Below, in pieces: positions 62,622 to 64,000 of a stretch of DNA of 64,000 nucleotides. How positions within the stretch are numbered: position 1 is the stretch's first letter; every line of letters begins with the position of its first letter. This DNA comes from Basidiobolus meristosporus CBS 931.73 (Eukaryota > Fungi > Basidiobolomycota): the NCBI GenBank assembly GCA_002104905.1, contig MCFE01000059.1, positions 130,856 to 194,855 on the forward strand, given 5' to 3'. The position numbers and the translations under genes were made by a program. The notes below the pieces were generated by a model. The model did no database searches. It saw nothing but the letters and a program-made list of their open reading frames with translations, and was not told the DNA's origin.

Positions 62622-63350
62622 CTAAGCTAGAGTTAAGGCAGTATCCCAGAGTACACTGGAATTCAGGTTCATGGGGGAGTGAAGTAGATAAGCTTGAGAG
62701 ATATAATAATCTTTGAGGAAGTGGGTAACAGCAGGTGAAGGGGAGTTTTTGATAAGTGAAGTGAATCTTGAGAGCAGAGATTCCTCTAAAGAGAAGGTCT
62801 TGTAAACTGGAGAATCAGGAAACTCTTTAAAGGCATGGTCAGTAGGTTCCCAGTAAAGCTGGTCAGAGACATTTTGAGAGAACTCTTTAGCTATACTTTT
62901 GTCAAGTACTACCTCCAGAGTGTGATTGTTGATAAATCTCATGTTAACAATCTTGGATAAATTGTAACCTTGTTGTTTGAGATACATCCTATGCTCAGAT
63001 ATAGGAATGAACTCCACATTGGCAAAGTAGCAGACAGCCCAGTCAGTAGCAGGAGGCAAATCAGAAGTAGCAGGAAACTTTCTTTTAGTCTTGGGAGGAG
63101 CAGCAGGATGTCTTGAGGAAGCAGTAACAGGCTTTTTGACAGCTTCACAGTAGGAAGAGTGAGCAGGAGCAGATGATTCTTGGGGAGTCTTGTTGACAGG
63201 AACAGCTGGCAGAGAGACAATAGATTCTTGCAGATCAGAGAAGGCAGAAAACAGCTTTTGAACTTGTTTCTTGAGTAAAGCATTTTCAGCTTCAACAAGT
63301 GCAAGCCTTTCCTCAAGGAAGGAAACCTGAAGGGAATGGAGTGAAGGCAT
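62622..63350 (-). CDS. Non-LTR retrotransposon ORF1-like protein (coiled coil + putative RRM-like domain), 242 aa
   Basis: MPSLHSLQVSFLEERLALVEAENALLKKQVQKLFSAFSDLQES (heptads), SYCEAVKKP, then WAVCYFANVEFIPISEHRMYLKQQGYNLSKIVNMRFINNHTLEVVL. No CCHC knuckle seen. Confidence 0.6.
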   Translation of the reverse strand: MPSLHSLQVSFLEERLALVEAENALLKKQVQKLFSAFSDLQESIVSLPAVPVNKTPQESSAPAHSSYCEAVKKPVTASSRHPAAPPKTKRKFPATSDLPPATDWAVCYFANVEFIPISEHRMYLKQQGYNLSKIVNMRFINNHTLEVVLDKSIAKEFSQNVSDQLYWEPTDHAFKEFPDSPVYKTFSLEESLLSRFTSLIKNSPSPAVTHFLKDYYISQAYLLHSPMNLNSSVLWDTALTLA

Positions 63351-63390
63351 AAGAAATAAGAAGAAGAGGGTAAGATGGGGTGGGTGGGTG

Positions 63391-63801
63391 GGAAAATTAG
63401 CAGGGAGAAGAGAAGGAAGGAGCAAAAATTCCAGAAGTCAGAATTTATAGATGGATGGACAAGGGTAGATGGATGGATTATTCCTGGGTTAGGAAAATTA
63501 GCAGGGAGAAGAGAAGGAAGGAGCAAAAATTCCAGAAGTCAGAATTTATAGATGGATGGACAAGGGTAGATGGATGGATTATTCCTGGGTTAGGAAAATT
63601 AGCAGGGAGAAGAGAAGGAAGGAGCAAAAATTCCAGAAGTCAGAATTTATAGATGGATGGACAAGGGTAGATGGATGGATTATTCCTGGGTTAGGAAAAT
63701 TAGCAGGGAGAAGAGAAGGAAGGAGCAAAAATTCCAGAAGTCAGAATTTATAGATGGATGGACAAGGGTAGATGGATGGATTATTCCTGGGTTAGGAAAA
63801 T
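63391..63801. repeat. Subtelomeric tandem repeat, four apparently identical 101-bp units plus a few bases of a fifth
   Basis: Units start at 63391, 63492, 63593 and 63694, with a partial at 63795. The identical track ORFs 63455 and 63556 are offset by 101. A GGGTTAGG seed spans each unit boundary. Confidence 0.97.
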
Positions 63802-64000
63802 TTAGGGTTAGGGTTAGGGTTAGGGTTAGGGTTAGGGTTAGGGTTAGGGTTAGGGTTAGGGTTAGGGTTAGGGTTAGGGTTAGGGTTAGGGTTAGGGTTA
63901 GGGTTAGGGTTAGGGTTAGGGTTAGGGTTAGGGTTAGGGTTAGGGTTAGGGTTAGGGTTAGGGTTAGGGTTAGGGTTAGGGTTAGGGTTAGGGTTAGGGG
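63802..64000 (+). repeat. Telomeric repeat (TTAGGG)33
   Basis: Uninterrupted TTAGGG from 63802 to 63999, G-rich strand pointing to the window end. Confidence 0.99.

Larger units (their letters stand above)
62491..63801 (-). mobile_element. ORF1-only (gag-like) terminal retroelement with tandem 5' monomers
   Basis: Intact ORF 63350-62622, about 130 nt of 3' UTR ending in the shared motif plus CCCTAACC, and four 101-bp repeats on its 5' side abutting the telomere. Confidence 0.65.

Noticed and set aside
62939-63753. Track ORFs 62939-63526 (-), 63455-63652 (+) and 63556-63753 (+)
   Set aside because: By-products of the low-complexity 101-bp repeat and the alternate frame of ORF1.
63391-63801. 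CRISPR-like array
   Set aside because: The units are contiguous and identical with no unique spacers; the context is eukaryotic with no cas genes.

Overview
Eukaryotic, intron-rich fungal DNA that ends in a chromosome terminus: 33 TTAGGG repeats at 63802-63999. Short GT-AG introns (about 55-80 nt), a NEDD1-like gene and a 7TM-RGS gene suggest an early-diverging fungus; this is an inference and no species is assigned. From 1 to 58.9 kb there are about 23 mostly ordinary genes: TPT transporter end, carotenoid oxygenase, MFS permease, uL11m, DHHC palmitoyltransferase, Trm5, Cdc25, AlkB, TLDc, C2H2 TF, glyoxal oxidase, DUF1295, Nth1, L2HGDH, NEDD1-like WD40 and a hybrid histidine kinase. Three genes have unusual architectures once spliced by hand: a secreted His-brace LPMO-like protein that fits no family cleanly, a Shg1/BOD1-Sgf29 tandem-Tudor fusion, and a heme oxygenase with three complete catalytic domains plus five N-terminal Cys-Pro motifs. 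The last ~4.5 kb is a CpG-depleted, head-to-tail array of retroelement-like units. These are LINE ORF2 3' fragments, a tRNA-headed SINE-like unit and an ORF1-only unit with 101-bp 5' monomers. Six copies of a conserved 3' AATAAA + stem-loop end occur in the array, and five abut telomeric or near-telomeric repeats. This looks like a telomere-targeted LINE/SINE/HeT-A-like system. All exon structures and family calls were made by eye, with no searches run.
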